DNA of 36,952 nt from Thermoproteota archaeon (GTDB lineage: Archaea > Korarchaeota > Korarchaeia > Korarchaeales > Korarchaeaceae). The stretch is taken from NCBI GenBank assembly GCA_015522685.1, contig WALU01000004.1, forward strand, positions 1 through 36,952. The letters are read 5' to 3'. A program made the position numbers and the translations under genes. The notes below the pieces were generated by a model. That model worked only from the letters and a program-made list of their open reading frames with translations. It did no database searches and had not been told where the DNA came from. This document shows positions 27,898 through 36,952 of this stretch, in pieces (position 1 is the stretch's first letter; the number at the start of each line of letters is the position of its first letter).

Positions 27898-29070
27898 TCA
27901 TGGATTCAACAGCTCGATTATTTCCCTTAGGGACTTGGCAATGTTATCTGCAGAAAATTTCTCAGCTCTCTTTTTACACGTGCTATCAAGATCTCTTAGT
28001 CTGAATGTTCTATCTACGGATCTCTTTAACCCTTCAGGAGTCATATGATCCAGGTAAGTAGCTAAAGGACAGTCATTTGCTGCCCACAGAATACCAGGCA
28101 ATTTGTTTGATATGAAAGGCTTCTCCATGGCCATGAACTCAAGCACCTTTGTAGGGAGTTGATATCTCCATATAGGTTCATCAGGTAACCAAGATATTCC
28201 TGCTGAAGCAAGTTGGATCACGCAAGGAACGATAGATAGAGGGACACTCCCCAAGTAGAGGATTTTAGGGTTCATCTCTTGATACTTCTTCACTAAAGGC
28301 ACCGCCGAACCTTTTCCTAAGAGAGCAAGAAGTATATCTTTCCCTCTAAAAGCTTTAGTGAAGCTTTTGAGTATGCTTTCTAGTCCTCTGCGTTCATCCA
28401 GTATACCATGATAGAGCAATACCTTGTTATTTGACTTGAGAAGACTAATTAAGCCATTTAAGTGCCTTTCTAGGAGATATTCGCAATCCTTTGATGGGCT
28501 AAGAAATTCTGGAGCTAGCATTGATGGTAATACAAATACCTTGTCCTTGCCTACGAGCTTTCCTATCTCCTTAGCCTCAAAAGGAGTTATGGCTGTAAAT
28601 TTATCTATGAAAAATCTTCCTATGAGTAATGAGGTCTTATAGGCTAGATTTTTCGGATAGGGAGGATTGTTGTAGATGGGTCTACTTAGTATAAGGGAGA
28701 TGCTTTTAAGGCTGCTGTTAACAATTTTAGCAGCTATGAAAGAAGGTATTAAAGGATAATCGAAGATTACCGTTCCAGATATTCTCTTCATAAGTCCAAG
28801 TGATTTATTCATTGCATAGGCAAAGTAGGGTATACTACTCTCCTTTAGATAGCTAGGAACCTCCAACCCTATTATCTTGAAGGATCCCTTCTTCCCCCTC
28901 ATTTCTCTCTTAGATAGGATGTACAGTTCAATGTCCCAACTGCTTATCTCCGCTAATCTTTCAAACATCCTTATCACGGATGCGCCATGAGGTCTATCAA
29001 GCCACATGTCAGAACTTATTACAGTAATGCTCATCCCAGATTCTGGTGACCTTACATCAAGGTTTACCAT
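27898..29070 (-). CDS. GT4 (GT-B) glycosyltransferase
   Basis: LYHGILDERRGL, YLGSVP, PTKVLEFMAMEKP, FSADNIA; start is probably 29034. Confidence 0.9.
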   Translation of the reverse strand: MVNLDVRSPESGMSITVISSDMWLDRPHGASVIRMFERLAEISSWDIELYILSKREMRGKKGSFKIIGLEVPSYLKESSIPYFAYAMNKSLGLMKRISGTVIFDYPLIPSFIAAKIVNSSLKSISLILSRPIYNNPPYPKNLAYKTSLLIGRFFIDKFTAITPFEAKEIGKLVGKDKVFVLPSMLAPEFLSPSKDCEYLLERHLNGLISLLKSNNKVLLYHGILDERRGLESILKSFTKAFRGKDILLALLGKGSAVPLVKKYQEMNPKILYLGSVPLSIVPCVIQLASAGISWLPDEPIWRYQLPTKVLEFMAMEKPFISNKLPGILWAANDCPLATYLDHMTPEGLKRSVDRTFRLRDLDSTCKKRAEKFSADNIAKSLREIIELLNP

Positions 29071-29235
29071 GAGTGGCTCCTGCTTTACTCTAACAAGTAA
29101 CTAAAAAGATATGTATAGCGGAACAGCTTAATATCCTCCAGTGATCAGCTGCTAAGTTAATCGAGATCATTCTTTGAATATATAACACCTTTTATTTTGA
29201 TTAGTAAAGATGGAATGATGTATAGGTATCCTTTC

Positions 29236-29425
29236 ATGTCTTATGGCTCGGTAGTCTCGACCGAGCATTATCTCTCATGGCAGCAGAGGTAATGAAGTTG
29301 ATGCTGCTGTTGTGGCATCTCCCCCTTCTGTCCTTCTGCTCCATCTTAGCAGGTTGAGGGGGAGACTTCTTCGTCCTAGTAATGATGAAAGGAGAGATTA
29401 TGTTCGTAGATTGTTCTGGACTATC
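29236..29425 (+). pseudogene. ggt: N-terminal remnant of gamma-glutamyltransferase
   Basis: MSYGSVVSTEHYLS / GNEVDAAVVAS..SVLLLHLSRL / GDFFVLVMMKGEIMFVDCSG across frameshifts; matches the GGT pattern EHYLA..GGNAVDAAVA...GLGGDFF...D.SG. Confidence 0.75.
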
Positions 29426-29471
29426 TAAGCAAGCTAACTTGCGCTTGGCTGCGATCCCACTTGTTGCCTTC

Positions 29472-30110
29472 CTATCTGCCCATCAGGGCTTTAAGTTCAC
29501 CATATAGATACTTCACAGGGTTTCCTTTAGCATAGTCTACCCTCAGATCGATAATTCTGTCGTAGAATGGAAGGTACTCCGTGTCTCCAACAATTATGAG
29601 AGCAGCGGATCTATCCTCTCTCGCATCACCTCCTGCCTCATGTCCTGCCTCTAAAGCATTTAAGAGCCTGTAGTAAAGAGATGTTTCAGTATGCTGGAAC
29701 GCCTCTCTCATAGCTTCAACAACATCCTTGGTTGAAAGGAGATTCCCTATGCATATGCAGCTCTCTCCCTCAGTCACTCCGTGTCCCTTCGGAATTTTCG
29801 CTCCCTCATGCACGGCCATTCCTCCACTCCATGAGAGCACAGCGACCTGCCTCATATCAGGCTCGGGATCTTTATCAAGGGCCTCTTTTAACGCTTCAGG
29901 GGGAGATTTACCTCTTTCCATCGAGTCAAGTATTATGGGACCTAAGGATGGATTAGTGTAAGCTTGAGTTACGACACCGCCAACCCCTCTCCTAGCCCAA
30001 GGAACTCTGGAGCCTACAGCTATTGAGCCACTGGCTACAGCTATGCCCAGCATCCTCTCCTTCTTGTCCAAGGCGATTATGCTATATGTCATGATGATTA
30101 CCTCACCCAT
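29472..30110 (-). CDS. DUF1028 family Ntn-hydrolase-like protein
   Basis: MTYSIIA, GIAVASGSIAVGSRVPWAR.GVGGVVTQA, RQV, GNLL, GGDAR..RSAAL, DLRVD; start is probably 30089. Confidence 0.93.
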   Translation of the reverse strand: MGEVIIMTYSIIALDKKERMLGIAVASGSIAVGSRVPWARRGVGGVVTQAYTNPSLGPIILDSMERGKSPPEALKEALDKDPEPDMRQVAVLSWSGGMAVHEGAKIPKGHGVTEGESCICIGNLLSTKDVVEAMREAFQHTETSLYYRLLNALEAGHEAGGDAREDRSAALIIVGDTEYLPFYDRIIDLRVDYAKGNPVKYLYGELKALMGR

Positions 30111-30282
30111 CTTTGTTTGTAATAATACCTAGACTAGAAATGATTTTGATTACTAAAAACAGATTATGCAACTTTGCAATGCCAGCACGTAAGCATGAAG
30201 TTAATTTAATGAGGATGCTCTGTTCTAGCTCCCTCAAGATCTCAGGTGGCGAAAAGGATTAAAGTCAGATCGGATTCCTACC

Positions 30283-31089
30283 ATGGACATGTGGATAGAG
30301 GATCTATTCATTAGGAAAGCCGAGTTATTCCTTAAAGTAGTGAAATCTAAGTGGGAGAAAGGAGAGCAGGAGGCTTCTCAAATAGCAGAGCTGATGGAGA
30401 GGCATAACATTGAGGCGGAGAATTTATTGGAGCTGGGATGCGGGAATGGAAGGGTAGCAATTCCTCTTGCAAAGATAGGATACAAGGTAACTTGTGTAGA
30501 TGTTTCTCCTCTCTTGATAGAGGATGGTAGGAGACGTGCTGCAGAGGCAGGAGTTTTAGGTAGGATGCATTTCTCAGTCGGAGATGCTAGAGAAGTTTCC
30601 AAGTTGCTGAAGGAAAGTTATGACTTCATCTATATGACGTGGACTACTCTTCTGGGCTACTATGATGAGGAATCGGACTTGATTATGCTAAGAGAGGCTA
30701 GGGAGCTAGTGCCAGATGGGGGAATGCTAGCAATTCTCAACACCATTAGCAGGGATGCAATAGCGAGGAGGCAGGCAGAATGCGGATCGTCCATTATCTT
30801 GAAGGATTTAGGAGGTGGCATGGTACTTGCTGATCATCCAAGGTTCGATCCAGCGTCCTCAAGGCTAACCACCAAATGGGTGTTCTACAAGAAAGATGGA
30901 AGAGATCTAATCTATGTAGATGAAGCTATTCTCGATTTCAGGGTTTATGATCTTCGTGAGTTAGTAGGTTTGGGGAAGAGATCAGGTTGGAGGTTCGTGG
31001 CAGCCTACAATGACCTAGATTCGTTTCGGGATTATATACCGGGTAAGAGTCCATTGAACGTGCTATTCTCCCCCTCTGCATCTATCTAA
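30283..31089 (+). CDS. Class I SAM-dependent methyltransferase
   Basis: LLELGCGNGR, VDVS, GDAR, YDFIYMTWTTLLGYYD. Confidence 0.92.
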   Translation: MDMWIEDLFIRKAELFLKVVKSKWEKGEQEASQIAELMERHNIEAENLLELGCGNGRVAIPLAKIGYKVTCVDVSPLLIEDGRRRAAEAGVLGRMHFSVGDAREVSKLLKESYDFIYMTWTTLLGYYDEESDLIMLREARELVPDGGMLAILNTISRDAIARRQAECGSSIILKDLGGGMVLADHPRFDPASSRLTTKWVFYKKDGRDLIYVDEAILDFRVYDLRELVGLGKRSGWRFVAAYNDLDSFRDYIPGKSPLNVLFSPSASI

Positions 31090-31470
31090 AGCTAAAGCGT
31101 AGAATTCTCTGGAAGGAATATATCATTAGGGATTCGTGGATCTCCAAACATGTAGAAGATTATCTCTCCTTTGAAGATTCCCTTTGAAGATTCTCTGCGA
31201 AAGGGAGAAAGTACTACCTCAAAAATAGGGAAGTTTTATCCATGTTAAGTGGCAACGTTTCCGTTTATGATTCCAGAGATTTGCCTATGATTAAATCGAC
31301 ATTGCTCTCCTCTTACTCTAGCATAATGAATGTGATTCCTAATCTACACAGCAAAAATAGCAGATCAGCATACTAGCATACAATACTGTAACCAAAGCAA
31401 AGCATAAACGAAAGAGAAATCGAGTAGAAGGGGGATATTCAAGAACCTCTTGACTACTCTCAGAATCTAT

Positions 31471-32049
31471 TCAAAGCTTCTCCTCCAAGAGCTTCCTCAG
31501 TAGCTTCCTTATTTTCGGAGGATTATCTACACTAAGTGGAATTCTATCTAAGCTCCTGATCAGAAAACCTCTCAGATCAATTCCTAGATTCTTTGTAGAT
31601 TTGTTGAGATAATCCCAATCCAGTTGATTGTAGAGCCTGACTAGGAGGGCAGCAGCATCAGCTAGGTCCCTCTCTCTTCCAGCGCTGCACTTCAGGAGGA
31701 GAAGGTCTTCAGGCGAAATTACTTTAGCTGTTCTTCCTAAAACCAGTGCTTGCCTAGCCCTCTGGATGAGGTGCTCCACTCTAATGCCTGAGATCTCCTC
31801 AGTATAGATGTCTATGTCACCCTTGCTCCTTCGCTTAAATTCAAGTTTATCCAGTCTGGGATTATCAATCAGCACGTATTCCTTTGATTCTAGCTCTCTT
31901 CTGAGCATCCACAGGTCAGCTTTGTATATTGCGACATCCACATCGTGGGTGTACCTGTAGGGGACATATGATTGAACTGCCAATGCCCCTAAAAGGGCAT
32001 ATCTGATCCTGCCTTCTGCAGCATTCAGGAAATCAATCAGTGATGATAT
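31471..32049 (-). CDS. Nucleotidyltransferase (AbiEii-like toxin of a second type IV TA pair); start uncertain
   Basis: YALLGALAV..Y..RYTHDVDV, ISPEDLLLLK..AGRERDLAD. The frame is open to 32052, i.e. 23 codons upstream of the TTG called at 31983. Confidence 0.75.
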   Translation of the reverse strand: MSSLIDFLNAAEGRIRYALLGALAVQSYVPYRYTHDVDVAIYKADLWMLRRELESKEYVLIDNPRLDKLEFKRRSKGDIDIYTEEISGIRVEHLIQRARQALVLGRTAKVISPEDLLLLKCSAGRERDLADAAALLVRLYNQLDWDYLNKSTKNLGIDLRGFLIRSLDRIPLSVDNPPKIRKLLRKLLEEKL

Positions 32050-32674
32050 CTGTCATCTCCTCCGCCACTTCTGGAACTTTCTCACCTAGAGCAGCGAGAT
32101 CAAGGATTCCCCTACCGAGCCATGTGAGTAGCTCAAGCTTAAGCCTCTCAGTAGTCACCACGGGTAATCCTTTAATCATCTCGCTCCTAGGAAGCTCTTT
32201 AACAGGGATCAGAACCAAGTTCGCTATCTCAGACCTTTTTCCTCCAGAGCATCTAACTATCCTCCCTAGCTCATCTTCCAGCACGTAAGCGAAGGTCGCT
32301 GACGGAGTCTGAAAATTCGTCATCAGATAGGCAGCAGTTTCGTATGTCAGCACGAAGCTTTCAGTACAACTTTCTAGCACCTTAAAAGCATTCTCCCACC
32401 CATCACCAACTGACAGCCTCACGGCCTTGAAGTAGAGGGACTCCACGTAGAAGGCTCCAATTACCTTGAAGGCCTCCATTCTCAGAAGGATCCTTCCCCT
32501 TTCGGAGAGCTTGTACTTACCATTCTCGCTTGACATCCATCCCCTCTCCTCCAGCTCCCTGACCTTCCTGTAGAGGGTAGTCTTCGGGATGGAGGATTCC
32601 TTCTCCACCATTGCTATTGTGCTAGGTCCTTTAGCGAACAGCCAGAGGGTGAAGAGTCCTTCCTCATCTATCAT
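32033..32674 (-). CDS. wHTH + AbiEi-like antitoxin/transcriptional regulator
   Basis: IPKTTLYRKVRELEERGW HTH; FVLTYETAAY...FAYV, ANLVL, LPVVTTERLKLEL...GRG resembles AbiEi_2-type C-terminal domains. Confidence 0.7.
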   Translation of the reverse strand: MIDEEGLFTLWLFAKGPSTIAMVEKESSIPKTTLYRKVRELEERGWMSSENGKYKLSERGRILLRMEAFKVIGAFYVESLYFKAVRLSVGDGWENAFKVLESCTESFVLTYETAAYLMTNFQTPSATFAYVLEDELGRIVRCSGGKRSEIANLVLIPVKELPRSEMIKGLPVVTTERLKLELLTWLGRGILDLAALGEKVPEVAEEMTDIITD

Positions 32675-32707
32675 ATGTGGTAATATATAAGGTGGAATAT
32701 AAAGTTT

Positions 32708-32780
32708 TAATTTCCATTTTTGAAATTACATAACAATATCCAGTAGACAGAATATATTAGTTCCCACTAAAGTGGGACTA
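32708..32780. promoter_or_regulatory. Two related inverted repeats upstream of the second TA operon
   Basis: TAATTTC-cattttt-GAAATTA (32708-32728) and TAGT-TCCCACT-aa-AGTGGGA-CTA (32758-32780); minus-strand TATA-like TTTATATT at ~32696-32703. Confidence 0.55.
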
Positions 32781-33297
32781 CCTCAAGTATTATGTCTATT
32801 TAAGCAATTGAGTGTAAGATTCAATAATACCAATGGCACACTAGCACTATAGATATGTAAAATTAAGGCAATAGTGCAGCTTAGAGAAGCTAACGATTGA
32901 CTCATAGTCACAGTTAGAAGTCTCACTATTCAAGTAGAGAGGACTTTCTAAAGCTGCTAAATTTAGTTCAGAAGAGATAACTAAAGCCTTTGCTACTTAT
33001 TGGCTTACGGATGCATGAAACTAATTGAAGGCTCTTAGAAGATAACTCTTCCAGTCAAATGATGGAGAGGACAAGATCAAACTATATATCCTAAGAAGCT
33101 CGCTTATGCTAGAGCGTTCCTATAGTGCTGCAATGAAAGTTTGAGAAATCAAGAATTGCTCTATAAGAAATGGTGCTTCATGTAATAACGTATTAGGTCA
33201 CGTATGTAGCAATAAGGTTGGTAAGAATTCAAATAGCTTTATGAAATATGAAAAGAAAAAATTAACTATACTAAATATTATTAGATGAGATGAGACT

Positions 33298-33822
33298 TTG
33301 CCTGACGTAGTAGCTCATTATGCCATCAGCTATATAATTTCTAGTAGGTATGAGGAGCCTAAGAAAGCGCTTATCATTGCTCTAGCAGGCCTTGTTCCTG
33401 ATGTATATGCTCTCTTTCTGAGCTATAGGTGGATCACTCACAGTCTCCTAGTAACGATCCCCGTGTTCATTGGTATTTACATTATCTTGGTTCCTCTGGG
33501 TGGGAATAGGCTAATTCCTTTGCTAGCTGGTCTCTATGAGCTCCATTTATTCTTAGACTTATTTACTAGCCCGACCCCACTTCTCTGGCCCCTAAGTAAC
33601 ATGTCTTACTTCATCAAGCTGGGCTTCAATGTTAAGATAATGAAGGAGAGCATAAGACCTCTCTTTTATTTCTCCTTCCAGGCGATTCCGATAAACTTCT
33701 CATATCATGAGTTCATAGAAGGTCCTTTATTGAGTGAAGAAGGCATACTTTTCCTCATAGCAGCTCTCGCAACATCTTTAAGGGATATTAGGATTAGGAA
33801 GAGGAGAAGTCCATTTGTGTAG
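33298..33822 (+). CDS. Membrane-bound metal-dependent hydrolase (YdjM/DUF457-like)
   Basis: AHY, GLVPD, RWITHSL, LHLFLD, PLLWP. Confidence 0.8.
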   Translation: MPDVVAHYAISYIISSRYEEPKKALIIALAGLVPDVYALFLSYRWITHSLLVTIPVFIGIYIILVPLGGNRLIPLLAGLYELHLFLDLFTSPTPLLWPLSNMSYFIKLGFNVKIMKESIRPLFYFSFQAIPINFSYHEFIEGPLLSEEGILFLIAALATSLRDIRIRKRRSPFV

Positions 33823-33914
33823 GGGGAATAAGTGAGTTCGTTAATGAATATCGAAGGAAGGTAGCATGAATTATGCAGTAGCTCTTTACATTATTATGAG
33901 AGTGACTTAATCAA

Positions 33915-34976
33915 TCAAGTCAGATTTCTAGCGGCTTTAATTCTATCAGCTCTTCTCCACACTTTCTCTCTTTTGCCTAGGAGTACTTCCTTAACTAAGC
34001 AATAAAACCACAGATGTAAATCTAGCAGCTTTGCAAGAGGCATCAAAAAAGCGGATTTTATCAGATCCTTTCTCTTCCTCTTAAATACTGCATAGAGGGA
34101 GATGGTTAGCCAAGGAATCATTTCTGTGCCAATCAGGACAAGAAATGGAGCGAAGTCCCAAAACAGGATACCGTATACCAGAACTAAATCCAATATTACC
34201 AAGTAGAGAGCTGATTCTATAGAGAAGATAGCTATCAAGATCTTTGCGCGTCTCGGGAGCCTAAGTAGATGCTTCTTCATATTCTGGAAAAATCCTGAGA
34301 ACCATCTAACAGTCTGGTTTATGTAAGACCTAAAATTTGGCGGGTCGCTGGTCCAAGCAATGGCTCTGTTCTCATATATAATCTCATACCCTTCTTCTAA
34401 AATGGGGAGGGTTAGATCCATATCATCAGTAACGGTATCTGCCACTGGATTGAAAAGCTCCCTTCTCACAGCACCAACAGACCCTGGAATAACTAAAACT
34501 ACATCTAAAACTGCCTCTCCTTTCTTATGGACTCCCTGTCCTAGGATATACTGGAGTTCCCTTATCCCTGTAATCGCGTTGTATTTCCTCGATTTGACAT
34601 AGCCACAGACCCCACCAACTTCCGGGTCTAAGAAGTGATGGATCATATATTCGAAAGCATTGGGCTCAAGCTCAGAATCCGCATCCGTGAAAAACACTAC
34701 TTCTCCTTCTATGTAAGGTATGGCCTTCCTAAGCGCGAGGGCTTTATTCCCAGTATTTTTCTTAATATCCACTACAACTATCTTCTCGGGAAAGATCTCC
34801 TCATATAAACGCATTATCTGAAGAGTTGAGTCAGTTGAGCCATCGTTGATTAATATAACACGCTGGGGCATTACGGTCTGAAGGAGCATGCTATCAATAC
34901 ATTTAGCTATGCTCTTTTCTTCATTATAGGCTGGTATAAGTACGGAAAAAGGTGGGAGGATATCCTCTTCATCCAT
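33915..34976 (-). CDS. Processive GT2 glycosyltransferase (cellulose/PNAG/hyaluronan synthase-like)
   Basis: IPAYNEE, NDGSTD, DAD, TDD, QTVRW (D,D,D,QxxRW) and C-terminal TM helices. Confidence 0.92.
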   Translation of the reverse strand: MDEEDILPPFSVLIPAYNEEKSIAKCIDSMLLQTVMPQRVILINDGSTDSTLQIMRLYEEIFPEKIVVVDIKKNTGNKALALRKAIPYIEGEVVFFTDADSELEPNAFEYMIHHFLDPEVGGVCGYVKSRKYNAITGIRELQYILGQGVHKKGEAVLDVVLVIPGSVGAVRRELFNPVADTVTDDMDLTLPILEEGYEIIYENRAIAWTSDPPNFRSYINQTVRWFSGFFQNMKKHLLRLPRRAKILIAIFSIESALYLVILDLVLVYGILFWDFAPFLVLIGTEMIPWLTISLYAVFKRKRKDLIKSAFLMPLAKLLDLHLWFYCLVKEVLLGKREKVWRRADRIKAARNLT

Positions 34977-34978
34977 TT

Positions 34979-35293
34979 CTAGGATACACCCATCTTATAG
35001 AAACCATAGCCGAAACTCAAAGCACCCGCCAAGGTGAGGAGGACAAAAGTCTCAGTATAGTTTAGTGGAGACAGTGTGATTCGCTCAAGTAGTACAGGAA
35101 GTGAGAGGAAGAGAAGCAGTAATCCAAGAGAGATAAATGCTGCTGCCCTGAGATACTTCCTTTGCTTTTCTTTTCTAAGCCTTTTGGCATCTTCCATTAA
35201 CTCAGATACAATATCTCTCCCCTTGGCTCTGTCCTTAAGTATCTTCTCAAATTCTTCCAATGCCTTGTTTTCTTCTGAACTATTCTTCGACAT
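34979..35293 (-). CDS. Small two-TM membrane protein with charged helical N-terminus
   Basis: 104 aa; ends 2 nt before the GT2 start, so probably co-transcribed. Confidence 0.7.
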   Translation of the reverse strand: MSKNSSEENKALEEFEKILKDRAKGRDIVSELMEDAKRLRKEKQRKYLRAAAFISLGLLLLFLSLPVLLERITLSPLNYTETFVLLTLAGALSFGYGFYKMGVS

Positions 35294-35351
35294 CTATGCC
35301 ATCATGTAAATTATTCATCCAACCTTTTTAAGTGTGATGCCATTCCTGGAA

Positions 35352-35879
35352 TCAGCGAATCAATGCTGCTAGTCGCGCACCTAATTCAGAGAACCTCTTA
35401 GAATTAATAATACCACCCCTTAATGAATCAACGAGGATCATGAAGGGATGGAAAGGCTTAAGGTCAAATTCTTCAGCAACCTCTCTAGCTATGGACTGGC
35501 GAAGGAATAATTTGTCATGCGGCCTGGATAAAGCTAGAGTTATAGTTTGAGCCTCCTCTTTGTTGAGGCCTATTGACAGTAACCGTTTTTCCGTTGAAAT
35601 AGTTTCCTCTGGTCGATGAACCAAGGAGATTAATCCTTTGTCTAGGTAAAGAGAGGATATATCTGCTTCTGCTAAGATGCTAGCACCTACTTTCTCTTCC
35701 ATGACTATATCGCGGTAGGTTTTAAACATCAACAGAGGCGCTCCGACTTTCAGCATAATTCTCAGGACAGAAGGTTCTACTATTACCTTAGATGCGCCTG
35801 ATTTGAAAGCTGAAGCTACAGCAGATACTGCACCTAGCAAAATAGTGCTTGATAAGCCGCCAGGCAGAAAGCTACTCAT
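35352..35879 (-). CDS. Degenerate PIN-domain (DUF3368-like) protein
   Basis: VIVEPSVL, GLNKEEAQTITLAL, LFLRQSIAREVAEEFDL, ILVDSLRGGII follow the DUF3368 pattern without most acidic residues. Confidence 0.55.
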   Translation of the reverse strand: MSSFLPGGLSSTILLGAVSAVASAFKSGASKVIVEPSVLRIMLKVGAPLLMFKTYRDIVMEEKVGASILAEADISSLYLDKGLISLVHRPEETISTEKRLLSIGLNKEEAQTITLALSRPHDKLFLRQSIAREVAEEFDLKPFHPFMILVDSLRGGIINSKRFSELGARLAALIR

Positions 35880-36161
35880 CCTCTATCACATTCTATTAAT
35901 ATTACCCGACAATATTCTCTATTTAATTTTATTTATGAATATAATGTTGTCTGGCATTCCTATGAAAAAGGAAGCTGTCGAAGGAAGTAACTTCTACGAA
36001 GTATGAGGCCTACCATAGGGGATGTAGAACTCTTCCTAATAGTGTTGGGAAGATGTGATAGTCTACGATCCTAACATCATTACCGGAATTAGCTAATTTA
36101 GATAAAAATTGAACAAATATATGTTGCAGGCATGGAAGTTTTCCATTTTAATTAAGTAAGG

Positions 36162-36944
36162 TCATAACAAGCGGACCGCTATCATCACGAATCCCAGTAT
36201 TACAAATAATGCTCCAATTATCTTGGTTAACAAATTCTCGTTAACGGCATTAGCAAATTTTGCGCTTATATAACCAGCACAGGCTGCACTAAAGCCAAGA
36301 ATCAATCCAGCAATGGGCTTTATGCTCCTTTGGAGTGCATAACCCAGTGCGCCTGAACTAGCTGTTATTGCCATTATGAGAGTGGAGGTACCAACTGCCA
36401 GATGGATTGGAAAGTTCAGAACAAATATTAATATTAAGAGAACCATCATGCCACCTCCAGCTCCAAAGATTCCCGTTGTTATTCCAACAGCCAGCCCCAA
36501 GATCAGGGCCACTAATATCCTCTGATTTTCTGTCTTGAACCTCATTATCTCACGGAACTTCTTGGCTAGGGCTTCCCTATCAAGCCCTCTCTTCCACATA
36601 GCTATACCCATTAAGATGAGAAATATCCCGAAGGAACCACCAAGACTTACTTCTGGTGTCTTTGCCGAGAATATGACACCAAGTTGAGCTCCCGAAATGG
36701 ATCCTAAGGCTATCCATATACCAGATCTCAGATCAACGTTTCCGTTCCTGTAGTAGGTATAAGAGATGGCTAGAGATGCTATCACATCTACCATCAAGCT
36801 CACTCCTATGGATTCATGGACAGAGAAGTTGAGTAGGAGGTTTACGAGGGGAACTACAACCATAACAGCTGATGCGCCAGTCAGCCCTGTTACTATGCCT
36901 GCAAAGGTTCCTATCAACACCATCGTAATAAGCCTGTTGATCAT
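36162..36944 (-). CDS. Sulfite exporter TauE/SafE family membrane protein
   Basis: Duplicated G..AG...G..G motif, GIFGAGGG, AVGTS; about 8 TM segments. Confidence 0.92.
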   Translation of the reverse strand: MINRLITMVLIGTFAGIVTGLTGASAVMVVVPLVNLLLNFSVHESIGVSLMVDVIASLAISYTYYRNGNVDLRSGIWIALGSISGAQLGVIFSAKTPEVSLGGSFGIFLILMGIAMWKRGLDREALAKKFREIMRFKTENQRILVALILGLAVGITTGIFGAGGGMMVLLILIFVLNFPIHLAVGTSTLIMAITASSGALGYALQRSIKPIAGLILGFSAACAGYISAKFANAVNENLLTKIIGALFVILGFVMIAVRLL

Positions 36945-36952
36945 GCCTCCAC

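Noticed and set aside
29246-29266. 7-bp hairpin GCTCGGT-N7-ACCGAGC
   Set aside because: Lies inside the ggt remnant coding sequence; compatible with chance.
31168-31194. Tandem 13-bp duplication CCTTTGAAGATTC
   Set aside because: Two adjacent copies only: a slippage event, not an array.
32790-33290. AT-rich 0.5-kb spacer as a possible ncRNA or origin
   Set aside because: No stable GC stems, ORB-like repeats or adjacent cdc6/orc1; more likely decayed sequence.
899-36006. Numerous 60-125 aa ORFs antisense to or nested in the called genes (e.g. 1109-1423, 4526-4894, 13937-14302, 15079-15456, 20407-20772, 22922-23290)
   Set aside because: Shadow frames of well-supported genes, with no motifs or independent signals.
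1-36952. CRISPR array, tRNA/rRNA, transposase or integrase
   Set aside because: No regularly spaced 25-40 bp repeats, cloverleaf or rRNA-like GC-rich segments, or DDE/HUH/tyrosine-recombinase motifs were seen by eye.

Overview
A 37-kb window from an archaeal genome. It is most likely a thermophilic TACK-type lineage (inference from AGG/AGA and ATA codon bias, GGTGA Shine-Dalgarno sites, TATA-like boxes and gene families; Korarchaeota-like is plausible but unproven). Recognisable modules: a GT-C-like membrane protein, a coiled-coil PD-(D/E)XK protein, a UPF0282-type metallo-beta-lactamase, DtxR-FeoA plus FeoB, and a glycerophosphodiester phosphodiesterase. There are also two type IV (AbiE-like) toxin-antitoxin pairs with palindromic operators, EamA, SixA, YhfC, a five-gene Opp/Dpp ABC transporter, a DUF1616/GT4 surface-glycosylation block, DUF1028, a SAM methyltransferase, a processive GT2 and TauE. 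No rRNA, tRNA, CRISPR array or transposase was seen. Three signals stand out. (1) An SDR(pseudo)-gcvPA-gcvPB-AcoX/NAD-kinase-like operon whose P-protein has replaced the glycine-type motifs and has no gcvT/gcvH/lpd nearby, suggesting a non-glycine PLP decarboxylation pathway. (2) Intergenic spacers built from 60-220 bp shards of diverged genes, four of which have an intact paralog inside this window. (3) A second AbiE-like toxin whose conserved N-terminus has no canonical start codon. All family assignments are from motif recognition by eye; no searches were run.
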